Source of the DNA: Polyangiaceae bacterium
Lineage (GTDB): Bacteria > Myxococcota_A > Polyangia > Polyangiales > Polyangiaceae
Assembly (NCBI GenBank): GCA_044222475.1
Contig: JBGANF010000143.1
Coordinates: 1-19,098 of the forward strand
Length of the DNA stretch: 19,098 nt
Reading direction: 5' to 3'
In this document: positions 1 through 8,925 of the stretch, one piece after another
Layout of the letters: each line of letters opens with the position of its first letter
Numbering within the stretch: the first letter of the stretch is position 1
Notes under the pieces: generated by a model
Told to the model about the DNA's origin: nothing
What the model saw: the letters and a program-made list of their open reading frames with translations, nothing else
Database searches by the model: none
Made by a program: the position numbers and the translations under genes

Positions 1-1
1 G

Positions 2-124
2 GCGGGCAAGCTACCGGCGGAGCTCGGCGCGTGCATCTCGTCCGTGTTCCAGACGATGACGTTCCCCGCGCCCGAGGGCGGCACGGTGACGGTGGTCTAC
101 CCGATCGACCTTGCGCCGGGCTGA
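2..124 (+). CDS. 3' end of an AgmX/PglI C-terminal (TonB-C-like) domain protein, partial
   Basis: Frame 2 reads AGKLPAELGACISSVFQTMTFPAPEGGTVTVVYPIDLAPG, with TGA at 122-124. The C-I-x-x-x-F...FPAPEGG-x-VTV-x-YP pattern is typical of myxobacterial AgmX/PglI C-terminal domains. Not in the supplied ORF track. Confidence 0.75.
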   Translation, partial: AGKLPAELGACISSVFQTMTFPAPEGGTVTVVYPIDLAPG

Positions 125-141
125 GCACGCATGCAGAGGAA

Positions 142-1452
142 TCACCCGATCCGTCGCCCCGTCTTCGTCAGCCCCCTCGGCATGCCCTCCGGCAACAGCG
201 CATCCACCACCGCGTCGACGATCACGCCCGGCTCGGCCCCGTCGATCAGCGCCCTCGCTCGCTCGACGAGCTCGGCCGCGCTCTCGTTCTTCGTTCCGTA
301 ACCCGACGCGACTCCGAACGTGCCTCGCGGGATCGCCCGCGCGAGCGACAGCGCACAGTCCGCCGCCCGCACCGCGACGCCCTTCACCGGGCCTCCCGGG
401 TGCGTCGGCTCCGCGTCGTCGATGAAGAAGAGCGCCACGTTGCCTTCGCCGAGGAGCCGCAGCTCCGCGCCGTCGCGGATGCCCGCGTCGCGGACGATGC
501 GCACGTCGTTGCCCCACGCCGCGAGGACGTCCTTGCCGCCGCCGTCCATCGGCGGGAAACGGCACAGCACCACGCACACGATCGTGCGCGCGATCGGCAT
601 CGGCGCGATGCTCGCCGGCCCCTGCTCGCCGTCGAGCTCGCGGAGCGCCTGCGCGAGCGCCGCTCCGTCCTTCGGCCGCCGCGTGGGCTCCTTCCGCATC
701 GTGCGCGCGATCAGCGTCGCGACGCGCTCGGGGACCTTCGGCGCGAGCTCGCGGATCGGCTTCGGGTCCTCGAAGAGGACTCGGCTCAGCGTCGCGATGG
801 CGTCGCGTCCACCGAACGGCACGTGCCCGGTGAGGCAGCGGTACAGCATCGCGCCGAAGCTGAAGACGTCGGCGCGGGTGTCCGGGGCTTCGTCGCCGCG
901 GGCCTGCTCCGGCGCCATGTAGGCCGGAGTGCCCATGACCTCGACGACGCGATGAAACTCGTCCTGCAGCGCTGGCTTCTCTTGGAGTCGCACGGCGAAG
1001 CCGAAGTCGACGAGCTTCGGTCGCTCGATCGCACACCCCTCGAGCATGACGTTGCCCGGCTTCAGATCGCGATGAACGAACCCGCTCTGGTGGACGAACG
1101 CGATGGCGTTCGCCATCTCTCGCGCGAGGAGCAACGTGTCGTCGACGCTGAGCGGCCCCCGCGCGAGCCGCTCTTGGAGCGACTCTCCCTCGAGCCACTC
1201 CGTCGCGAGGAACGGCGTCCCTGCTTCCTCGCCTTCGCCGACGTAGCCGACGATCCCCGGGTGTCGAAGCTCGCGCAGCGTCGCCGCTTCGCGACGGATC
1301 GCGTCGGCCGCGCCTTCGCGCGCGGAGGCGACCTTGAGCGCGACGATGGATCCGTCGCGCGTGTCCTTCGCTCGGTAGACCTCGGCCGTTCCCCCGCGCC
1401 GACTCGCATCGGCGTCGAGAACGATGAACGGCCCGAAGGCGAGACGAGGCAC
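142..1452 (-). CDS. Hanks-type Ser/Thr protein kinase with a degenerate cyclase-like C-terminal region
   Basis: Motifs GGTAEVYRA, VALKV, HRDLKPGN, DFG, GTPAYMAPE and DVFSFG are present. Start placed at GTG 1452 (VPRLAFGPF) because upstream starts overlap the divergent gene and a TANNNT hexamer lies 6 nt upstream. Confidence 0.9.
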   Translation of the reverse strand: MPRLAFGPFIVLDADASRRGGTAEVYRAKDTRDGSIVALKVASAREGAADAIRREAATLRELRHPGIVGYVGEGEEAGTPFLATEWLEGESLQERLARGPLSVDDTLLLAREMANAIAFVHQSGFVHRDLKPGNVMLEGCAIERPKLVDFGFAVRLQEKPALQDEFHRVVEVMGTPAYMAPEQARGDEAPDTRADVFSFGAMLYRCLTGHVPFGGRDAIATLSRVLFEDPKPIRELAPKVPERVATLIARTMRKEPTRRPKDGAALAQALRELDGEQGPASIAPMPIARTIVCVVLCRFPPMDGGGKDVLAAWGNDVRIVRDAGIRDGAELRLLGEGNVALFFIDDAEPTHPGGPVKGVAVRAADCALSLARAIPRGTFGVASGYGTKNESAAELVERARALIDGAEPGVIVDAVVDALLPEGMPRGLTKTGRRIG

Positions 1453-1498
1453 TCCACGAGGGTACCCCACGAGCGAGAAACGCTCTATCCTCCAGCCG

Positions 1499-2624
1499 AT
1501 GCGTAAGCTCCACCCGTTCTTTGCCCTCGCCCTCGCCGGCACCATCGCGTGTGCTGGCGGCCTGAAGCTCACCCCGATCAAGGCGACGAACAACAAGCCA
1601 AGCAACGTCGTCGTCTACTTCAAGGTCCAGCAGACGAACGGCACGCCGGTCGGCGGCCTCGACGCCGACAGCTTCAAGATCTACGAAGACGGCGAGCTCG
1701 TCTCCAAGTTCGAGAGCAAGCAGACGATCCTGAACCCCGAGGTCGCTGCGTCGCACTACACGCTCCTCCTCGTCGACCTCAGCGGGAGCGTCGTCGACGG
1801 CGGCGCGGTCGACACACTCACGGAGGCCGTCACCGCCTTCACCGACAAGGTCGAGAAGGATCAAAAGGTCGCCATCTACGCGTTCGACGGCTCCGCCGAT
1901 CTGCACGCGATCGCGCCGTTCTCCACCGCCGGCGCGAAGGGCGCCGCGAAGTCGCTCTCCGGCTTCAAGCCCCAGGATCCGAGCACGAACCTCAACGGCG
2001 CCATCGTCAACGGCATCAAGGAGCTCGACAAGGCGCTCGCCTCCGCCGACCACCCGCTGCGGTTCGGCACGCTGGTCGTCTTCACCGACGGTAGCGACCG
2101 CGCGCGCCGCGTCCCCGAGGCCGACATGAGGAAAGCGCTCTCGGACGCGCCGTACGGCGTCTTCGCGATCGGCCTCGGCGCCGAGATCAAAGAGTCCGAG
2201 CTCGGGCGCATCGGCCGCGACGGCACCGCGATGGCGACCGACAAGGCCGCCATCGTCGCCGCCTTCGACACCATCGCGAACAAGATCGACGCGGCGACGA
2301 AGAGCTTCTACCTACTCAGCTACTGCTCGCCCGCGCGCGCCGGCAAGCACAAGGTCACCATCGAGGCCGAGACCAAGGACGACAAGGGCAAGCCCGATCG
2401 CTCCGGCTCGATGCAGAGCGAGTTCGACGCGACTGGGTTCCAACCCAACTGCGATCCGAACCAGAAGCCCAACTTCGACGTGACCAAGGGCGACGCCCTC
2501 GCTCCGCCGCCGGCGATCAAGACCGAGCCGAAGACCGGAGGCGCCAGCGCGACCGCCACTGCGACCGTCAAGGTCACTCCGCCCGCGGCGACCGCGACGG
2601 CCACCGCCGGCGGCGGCGAGCAGT

Positions 2625-2635
<11 letters not shown>
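1499..2635 (+). CDS. VWA-domain lipoprotein with Pro/Ala/Thr-rich tail
   Basis: Signal peptide with lipobox (MRKLHPFFALALAGTIA-C), MIDAS motif DLSGS, distal T (STNL) and FTDG motif. Strong C-ending codon bias. Confidence 0.85.
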
Positions 2636-3467
<832 letters not shown>

Positions 3468-3614
3468 CGGCGGGCCATCAAAGCACACCTTGGCGCCGTC
3501 CGAGGAGGCGGACGACACGCGCTCGGCTCGTCCGGAAAATCGGACACCAGTACGAATAAAGATCAATGAAATCAATAAATTGAGTCCGGCACGACGCTCG
3601 CAATGACGAGGGGC

Positions 3615-3755
3615 ATGCAAGCTCTCGTCGCCGTTCCCTCCGCCCGCCTCGCGCCGGCTCCGATGCTGGAGTCGCTCTTCGCCACCGCGATCTTCTCCGC
3701 CCTGTTCGTCCCCACGTTCACCTTCTGGTGCACCCTCGCGCTGGAGGCCACGTGA
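3615..3755 (+). CDS. Small putative single-pass membrane peptide (46 aa)
   Basis: MQALVAVPSARLAPAPMLESLFATAIFSALFVPTFTFWCTLALEAT*. GAGGGG lies upstream of the ATG, codon usage is GC3-rich, and the TGA overlaps the GTG of the MFS gene (GTGA). An in-frame ATG at 3603 is an alternative start. Confidence 0.6.
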   Translation: MQALVAVPSARLAPAPMLESLFATAIFSALFVPTFTFWCTLALEAT

Positions 3756-5104
3756 AGCGCCCCACCTCCCTCGGCTCCAGCCTCGTGGCCACCCTCGAGC
3801 GCGAGCCGGCCGCCCGCGCGTACCTCGGCGGATGCCTCGTCGACGATCTCGGGATCGCGGTCTCGCTCTGGGCGACTCAGCTCATCCAGACCGATCTCAT
3901 GACCGACCAGCACGCGCGCGCCGCGATGGCGCTGCCGGCGCTCGTCGCGATGTTCCTCGGCAGCCTCGCATCGGGCTGGCTCGCCGACGGACGCGGCAGG
4001 GCGGTTCGTTCGTCCGCCGAGCTGCTCCGTCGTCGCTTCCGCGTGCTCGCGATCGGCCGCGTCATCGAGACGATCGTCCTCGCGGCGATCGTCGTGCTCC
4101 TCGCGACTGGGCCGATCACGATCGGACGCATCCTGCCGTTCATCGTCGTGTCGGGCTTCATGAAGACCGCGCTGCGCCCGACCCGCCTCGCGTACGCGGC
4201 CGACGTGCTCCGCGACGAAGCGCACTTCCCCGCGCTCTCGACGTGGACGTCTCAGGCTCGCACCGTCTCGGTGCTCGCCGGCCTCCTCGCGGGCGGCGTC
4301 CTCATGCGCGCCGTCGCCGGTCGCGCGTGGATCCTCTTCGCGTTCGACGTCGTCACGAACCTCGCGTTCCTCGTCGGCCTCGCGACCGCGACGCGTCGGC
4401 GGGTGGCGCTCGGCTGGGCGCCCGTGCACGCGCCGGCCGTGGCCGCGAGGCCCGGCGGCACGGGACCGTTTCGGTTTCTCCTCGGCGCGCCGCTGCTCGT
4501 CTGCGTGATCGGCGGCAGCTGGCTCATGGAGATGGTCGCCGAGCTCTACGACGGGCGCATGATCGTCCGCCACGTGCTCGACTCGAGCGCCGAGACCGTG
4601 CGCGTCATGGAGATCGGGATGACGGTGTTCTCGCTCGCGCTCGTCGCGTCGGTGCCTTGGCTGCTTCGTCGGATGTCACCCGAGCGTCTCTTCGCGGGGG
4701 CGTTGTTCGTCGACGCGCTGATCATGATCCTCGGCGGCAGGCTCGCCGTCCTTCACCTGGTCGCGCCGTTCGTGCTCGTGCTCTCCGTCGACAGCGGGCT
4801 CACCTCGGTCGCCGGCGTCGCGAGCGACGTCGTCGTGGTGCGCGACACGCCGGTGCACCTTCGCGGTCGCGTGCAGGGCATCTACCAGCTCGTCGTGCTG
4901 GTGTCGGCGATGATCGCCGAAGGCGTCGCGACCGCGGCCGCCGACGCCTACGGGATCCCGTGGCTGGTGAGCGCCGCCGGAGTCGTTCAGGGCGTGGTCG
5001 CGCTGGGGCTCGCCATCGCGTTCGCCCTTCGTTCGCGCGCTACTCTGCAGGCTTCGCGTCAGCCGGCGGCTCCGCCGCCGCCTTCTGCGCTCGCCCCTCG
5101 ATGA
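3752..5104 (+). CDS. MFS transporter (efflux, H+-antiporter-like)
   Basis: About 12 hydrophobic segments, motif-A-like SGWLADGRGR and C-terminal TPVHLRGRVQG. GGAGG SD at 3743-3747 precedes GTG 3752. Confidence 0.8.
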   Translation: MKRPTSLGSSLVATLEREPAARAYLGGCLVDDLGIAVSLWATQLIQTDLMTDQHARAAMALPALVAMFLGSLASGWLADGRGRAVRSSAELLRRRFRVLAIGRVIETIVLAAIVVLLATGPITIGRILPFIVVSGFMKTALRPTRLAYAADVLRDEAHFPALSTWTSQARTVSVLAGLLAGGVLMRAVAGRAWILFAFDVVTNLAFLVGLATATRRRVALGWAPVHAPAVAARPGGTGPFRFLLGAPLLVCVIGGSWLMEMVAELYDGRMIVRHVLDSSAETVRVMEIGMTVFSLALVASVPWLLRRMSPERLFAGALFVDALIMILGGRLAVLHLVAPFVLVLSVDSGLTSVAGVASDVVVVRDTPVHLRGRVQGIYQLVVLVSAMIAEGVATAAADAYGIPWLVSAAGVVQGVVALGLAIAFALRSRATLQASRQPAAPPPPSALAPR

Positions 5105-6689
5105 TCGGGCGCAGGAGGACGATGAGGATCGGCCCGATGAGGGTGGTGATCCCGATCACGAGCCACATGATCCACGACTGCCTGGGGCCGGTCTCCGGGC
5201 AGTAGTGCTTGAGCAGGTATCCCGACATGGGACCAACCGCCATCTTGGCGAAGAACATGGGAAGCGACGACATGCCCATGTACGACGCCTCCTTCCCGCG
5301 AGGCGCGATGCTGGCGGTGTACTCGTAGAGGCGGGGCGACCAGAGGCACTCGCCGATCGAGAGCAAGATGATCATGCCGATGATCGTCGGATACGAGGCG
5401 CCGATGACGAGGACGAACGGGCTGAGCGCCGAGACGATGCTGCCGAGGACGATGACGCTGAACGCCGAGCGCGAGCGGGTGAGCGCGGTCGCGATCGGCA
5501 CGAGGACGATGATGAGGATCGGGTTGATCGACTGGAACGCACCGAGGGGGAACGACTCCCCCATCTCGCGCAGGGAGTACTTCGGGAACGTGAAGTGCGA
5601 GTGCGAGAAGATGAGCTTCACGAAGACGAGTAGCCCGACGAACAGCATGAAGCGCCAGAACGCACGCTCCTTGACGACGCTGAACGCGACCATGAGCGGG
5701 TTCCGCGACTTCTGATCGGGCTCGTCCTCTTTGGCCTTCTCCTCGGCCGACTTCTTGGCCTCCTCCCCCATGCTCTCTTCGCTGGAGGTGTGAGCGCGGA
5801 ACATGCCGGCGCGGTGCACGCCGATGACGCCGAGGGTCGACAGGATGGCGCACACCACGGTGGACTTGAGGAGGAGCGAGCGGGTGAGATCGAACTTGTA
5901 CGGCGTGACCGCGAGCAGCGTGCTCGTGAGCTGCACGACGACGAGCCCGGCCACCATGAACATGAACCAGAGGAACGCGCTCGCGACGCCGGTGCCGGGC
6001 GCGTAGCGATCGGGGTGGCGCTCGAGGTCGATGCCCTTGCGCAGCGTGAGCGAGATGAAGAAGGAGATCGACGCCGCGACGAGGCCGACGACGAACGTCA
6101 GCCGGTATTGGCTCATCTGCAGCACGCCGATGAGAGGGAACGTCATCGCCTTCGGCGTGGGGATCGCCGCCTTCGACGCATCGATCAATACGCCGGCGAC
6201 CGCGGCCGAGACGTTGAAGGTGACGTAGTAGAGCGAGAATGCGAACGCTCTGGTCTGCGCCTTCGTGTAGCGGCGGATCGCCGTGTTCATGACGGGCGCG
6301 CCGCCAGCGGTGCCGAGGGTGAGGAGCATGAGCCCGGCGACGCCGAGCCAACGAGTCTGCGCGAACGCCATCGTGCCGCGCGCGATCGCGCTGATCGCGA
6401 AGGCGCCGATGAGCGTCTCCCGGAAGCCCCACGAGTCGGCGAAGAAGCCGATGACGAACGTGATGATCGAGAGCGCCAGCGAGTACACGCCGACGATCCA
6501 CCCGGCGCGGTCGTCGGCGTAGCCGAGGTCGCGCGAGAGCCACAGCGTCACGATGTAGAGCAGGGAGAAGACCCCGAGCATCTCGAGGAACTTCGCGAAG
6601 TAGATGATCCAGAGCTCGCGCGGAGACTGGAACAGCGCGTTCAGGTCGTCGCGCAGGGCGCTCTTCTTGGCAGTGGCGGCTTCGGTCAT
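5040..6689 (-). CDS. POT/PTR2-like MFS transporter (putative peptide transporter)
   Basis: GFFADSWGFR motif A, AFSLYYVTFNV, FQSINP and IGECLWSP...IAPRGKEASYMG, all typical of POT-like MFS proteins. About 14 TM segments. ATGA overlap with the upstream gene. Confidence 0.85.
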   Translation of the reverse strand: MTEAATAKKSALRDDLNALFQSPRELWIIYFAKFLEMLGVFSLLYIVTLWLSRDLGYADDRAGWIVGVYSLALSIITFVIGFFADSWGFRETLIGAFAISAIARGTMAFAQTRWLGVAGLMLLTLGTAGGAPVMNTAIRRYTKAQTRAFAFSLYYVTFNVSAAVAGVLIDASKAAIPTPKAMTFPLIGVLQMSQYRLTFVVGLVAASISFFISLTLRKGIDLERHPDRYAPGTGVASAFLWFMFMVAGLVVVQLTSTLLAVTPYKFDLTRSLLLKSTVVCAILSTLGVIGVHRAGMFRAHTSSEESMGEEAKKSAEEKAKEDEPDQKSRNPLMVAFSVVKERAFWRFMLFVGLLVFVKLIFSHSHFTFPKYSLREMGESFPLGAFQSINPILIIVLVPIATALTRSRSAFSVIVLGSIVSALSPFVLVIGASYPTIIGMIILLSIGECLWSPRLYEYTASIAPRGKEASYMGMSSLPMFFAKMAVGPMSGYLLKHYCPETGPRQSWIMWLVIGITTLIGPILIVLLRPIIEGRAQKAAAEPPADAKPAE

Positions 6690-7432
6690 GACGGGATGAG
6701 CTTTCCGGAGGGTCTGGGCAAAACGCCCCGCTGGAGGAGGAAGGCCTCGACCTTCTCTTGCGCGCCCGACAGGATAGGCGTCCCGTGGCCGGCGAGTAGG
6801 GAATCGTACTTCATCCCCTTCATGTGGAAACGGTACAGCGAACCCAGAGCCTCGCCCAGGTCGGCGGTGAAGGTGGGATAGGGCAGGGAAAGTCCGCGGG
6901 GCGTGATCATCGGGACGGCCGTGAGCAGGGTGTCCCCGGTGAGGAGGGCGCCGGTGTCCGCGTGGCGGTAGAAGACCGAGCCCTCGGTGTGACCGGGGAC
7001 GTGGTGGACCTCCAGCCCGTGCAGCTCGTCGCCGTCTTCGAGCGCGCGATCGACCTCGACGCTGGGCGCCGGGATGAGGTTCTCGAAGCGGGCGAGCGTG
7101 CGGGCGAGCATCGTCCCGCCCTCGGCTGGGAGGCGCGGCGGGGGCGTGCGGCGGGCGAGGACCTCGGCGTCGGCGCGGTGTGCGTAGATCGCGACGCCCT
7201 GTTTCTTGAAGAAGCGCGCGTTGCCGGCGTGATCCGAGTGGCGATGCGTCAGGAGAACGCCCGTCAGATCGCTCGGCCCGATCGCGCGGCGGCGGAGCTC
7301 GAGGAGGAGCGCCGGGAGCTCGGCGAAGTGGCCGGTGTCGACGAGGAACCGCGAGCCGGGGCCGCCGTCCAGCAGGAACACGTTGGAGGCGAGCACTCCG
7401 CGCAGGAGGTGGATGTTGCCGCGGACGCGCAT
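6686..7432 (-). CDS. MBL-fold metallo-hydrolase
   Basis: LVDTG, THRHSDH (HxHxDH), PGHT, TGD and AGHG metal-ligand motifs. Confidence 0.9.
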   Translation of the reverse strand: MRVRGNIHLLRGVLASNVFLLDGGPGSRFLVDTGHFAELPALLLELRRRAIGPSDLTGVLLTHRHSDHAGNARFFKKQGVAIYAHRADAEVLARRTPPPRLPAEGGTMLARTLARFENLIPAPSVEVDRALEDGDELHGLEVHHVPGHTEGSVFYRHADTGALLTGDTLLTAVPMITPRGLSLPYPTFTADLGEALGSLYRFHMKGMKYDSLLAGHGTPILSGAQEKVEAFLLQRGVLPRPSGKLIPS

Positions 7433-7433
7433 C

Positions 7434-8279
7434 TCAGTTGCTCGCGAGCATGCCGCGGAGCTTCTCCGGCGCGAAGCGGTAGTGACGACCGCAGTAGTCG
7501 CAGTCGATCTCGAGGACCTGGCCGTCTTCGAGGAGATCGCGGATGTCGCTCTTCGGGAGCGACGCGAGGGACGCGAGGAGCCGCTCGTCGCTGCACTTGC
7601 ACTCGAAGCGGACCCCGTCGCGACCGACCTCGGAGAACGGCATCGCGTAGAGGAGCTCGCTCATCAGCTCTTCCGGCGACGCGTGGCCGCGGGCGAGGAG
7701 GTCCTCGATCGGAGGAAACTCCTTGAGACGCTCGGTCATCACCATGAGCGGGCCGTCGCCCACCTCGGGGAGGAGCTGGACGATGTAGCCGCCGGCGCTC
7801 TGCACCTGGCTCTCTTCGTCGACGATGGCGCCGACCGCGATGAACGAGACGACCTGCTCCGACGACTGCATGTACTCCATGAGGGCGCCCGAGATCCCCG
7901 AGCCCGCGTGGACGATGCCTTGTTGGATCTCGCCGTTGTGCAGGGTGCGCATCATCTGGAGCACGGCGCGGTCACCCAGCTCGACCTCGGCCCCGGCGCG
8001 CGCTTGCACGAGGCCGCGCACGCTGCCGTCGGGGAAGGCGTCGGCGACGATCCGGGTCTTGGGATCGTTCCCCTGCAGGATGCCCTGGACGCGGAGGTCG
8101 GGCGACATGGTCTGCCGCACGAGGACGGCGCCGGTCGCCATCTCGGCCAGGAGCTTCGCGCGGCCATTGACCGCTTTTTGCACGCCGACGATGCCGCGCG
8201 CGGTCTCGGTGGTCCGGATGCACACGACGCGAAAAGCGCCGTCATCCGTGATCGCACGGAGCGCATGATCGCCGGTCAT
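7434..8279 (-). CDS. hslO: Hsp33 redox-regulated chaperone
   Basis: C-terminal Zn motif CKC...CDYC, AGGYIVQLLP and N-terminal LRAITDDGAFR. Start at ATG 8279. Confidence 0.93.
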   Translation of the reverse strand: MTGDHALRAITDDGAFRVVCIRTTETARGIVGVQKAVNGRAKLLAEMATGAVLVRQTMSPDLRVQGILQGNDPKTRIVADAFPDGSVRGLVQARAGAEVELGDRAVLQMMRTLHNGEIQQGIVHAGSGISGALMEYMQSSEQVVSFIAVGAIVDEESQVQSAGGYIVQLLPEVGDGPLMVMTERLKEFPPIEDLLARGHASPEELMSELLYAMPFSEVGRDGVRFECKCSDERLLASLASLPKSDIRDLLEDGQVLEIDCDYCGRHYRFAPEKLRGMLASN

Positions 8280-8316
8280 GGCTCGAATTCTAGCAGAGTT
8301 GCGGTAGCTTTGACCC
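8280..8316. promoter_or_regulatory. Compact divergent promoter region (putative leaderless promoters)
   Basis: Minus strand TGcTAGAAT (8295-8287) ends 7 nt before the hslO ATG. Plus strand TAGCTT (8305-8310) ends 6 nt before the msrB GTG. No SD motif on either side. Confidence 0.55.
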
Positions 8317-8718
8317 GTGACGAAGAAAAAGTACGCCGTCGAGAAGACCGAAGAAGAGTGGAAGAAGGAGCTCGGCCCAATGAGGTACGAGGTCCTGCGG
8401 AACAAGGGGACGGAGCGCGCCTTCACCGGTGACCTGTGGGACCACCACGAGGCCGGCAAGTACGTCTGCGCGGGTTGCGGGACGGAGCTCTTCGTGTCGG
8501 ACACGAAGTTCGACTCGGGGTGCGGTTGGCCGAGCTTCTACGCGCCTGCCGCGAGCGAGGCGATCGACGAAGAGACCGATCGCACCCACGGCATGGTCCG
8601 CACCGAGGTCATGTGCAGCAAGTGCGGAGGGCACCTGGGCCACGTGTTCGACGATGGGCCGAAGCCGACGGGGCTGAGGTACTGCATCAACTCGGCGAGC
8701 ATCACTTTCAAGAAGTGA
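8317..8718 (+). CDS. msrB: Peptide-methionine (R)-S-oxide reductase
   Basis: [31 protein letters not shown] and RYCINS motifs, plus two Zn-binding CxxC (CAGC, CSKC). Confidence 0.97.
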   Translation: MTKKKYAVEKTEEEWKKELGPMRYEVLRNKGTERAFTGDLWDHHEAGKYVCAGCGTELFVSDTKFDSGCGWPSFYAPAASEAIDEETDRTHGMVRTEVMCSKCGGHLGHVFDDGPKPTGLRYCINSASITFKK

Positions 8719-8779
8719 CGTCCCTTGCCGAGAAGCGTAGGTGCAGGTTGGGTGCCCTCCTGGCGGCTTGGGAGGTCGT

Positions 8780-8871
8780 CGCTCGGGTGGGGGAGGGGGA
8801 GCGGGAACGGGAGCGTCGAGTATCCCAAAGTGGTACGGACCCGCTCCCGCTCCCACTCCCGCTCCCGAGCG
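8780..8871. repeat. Imperfect inverted repeat built from GGGAGC/GCTCCC hexamers (REP-like or bidirectional terminator candidate)
   Basis: Left arm cgctcgggtgggggagggggagcgggaacgggagcg (8780-8815) and right arm ccgctcccgctcccactcccgctcccgagcg (8841-8871), located between convergent msrB and Kelch genes. Confidence 0.75.
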
Positions 8872-8925
8872 TTGCGTTCGCGGTCTTGGCACGAGTGCAC
8901 GCGACCTGGCACGACGTTCTGGGCT

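Noticed and set aside
11..2053. Long overlapping ORFs here (680 aa minus, 491 aa plus) and similar antisense ORFs throughout the window
   Set aside because: Typical high-GC shadow frames with Arg-rich, motif-free translations that overlap clearly recognisable genes.
2500..2620. GCGACC-type repeats at the end of the VWA gene
   Set aside because: They encode an Ala/Thr/Pro low-complexity linker and are not an independent DNA element.
6686..7432. Metallo-beta-lactamase resistance gene
   Set aside because: No signal peptide. It is a generic cytoplasmic MBL-fold hydrolase in a housekeeping operon.
8780..8871. CRISPR array or classical intrinsic terminator
   Set aside because: No repeat-spacer periodicity, no cas genes and no U-tract.
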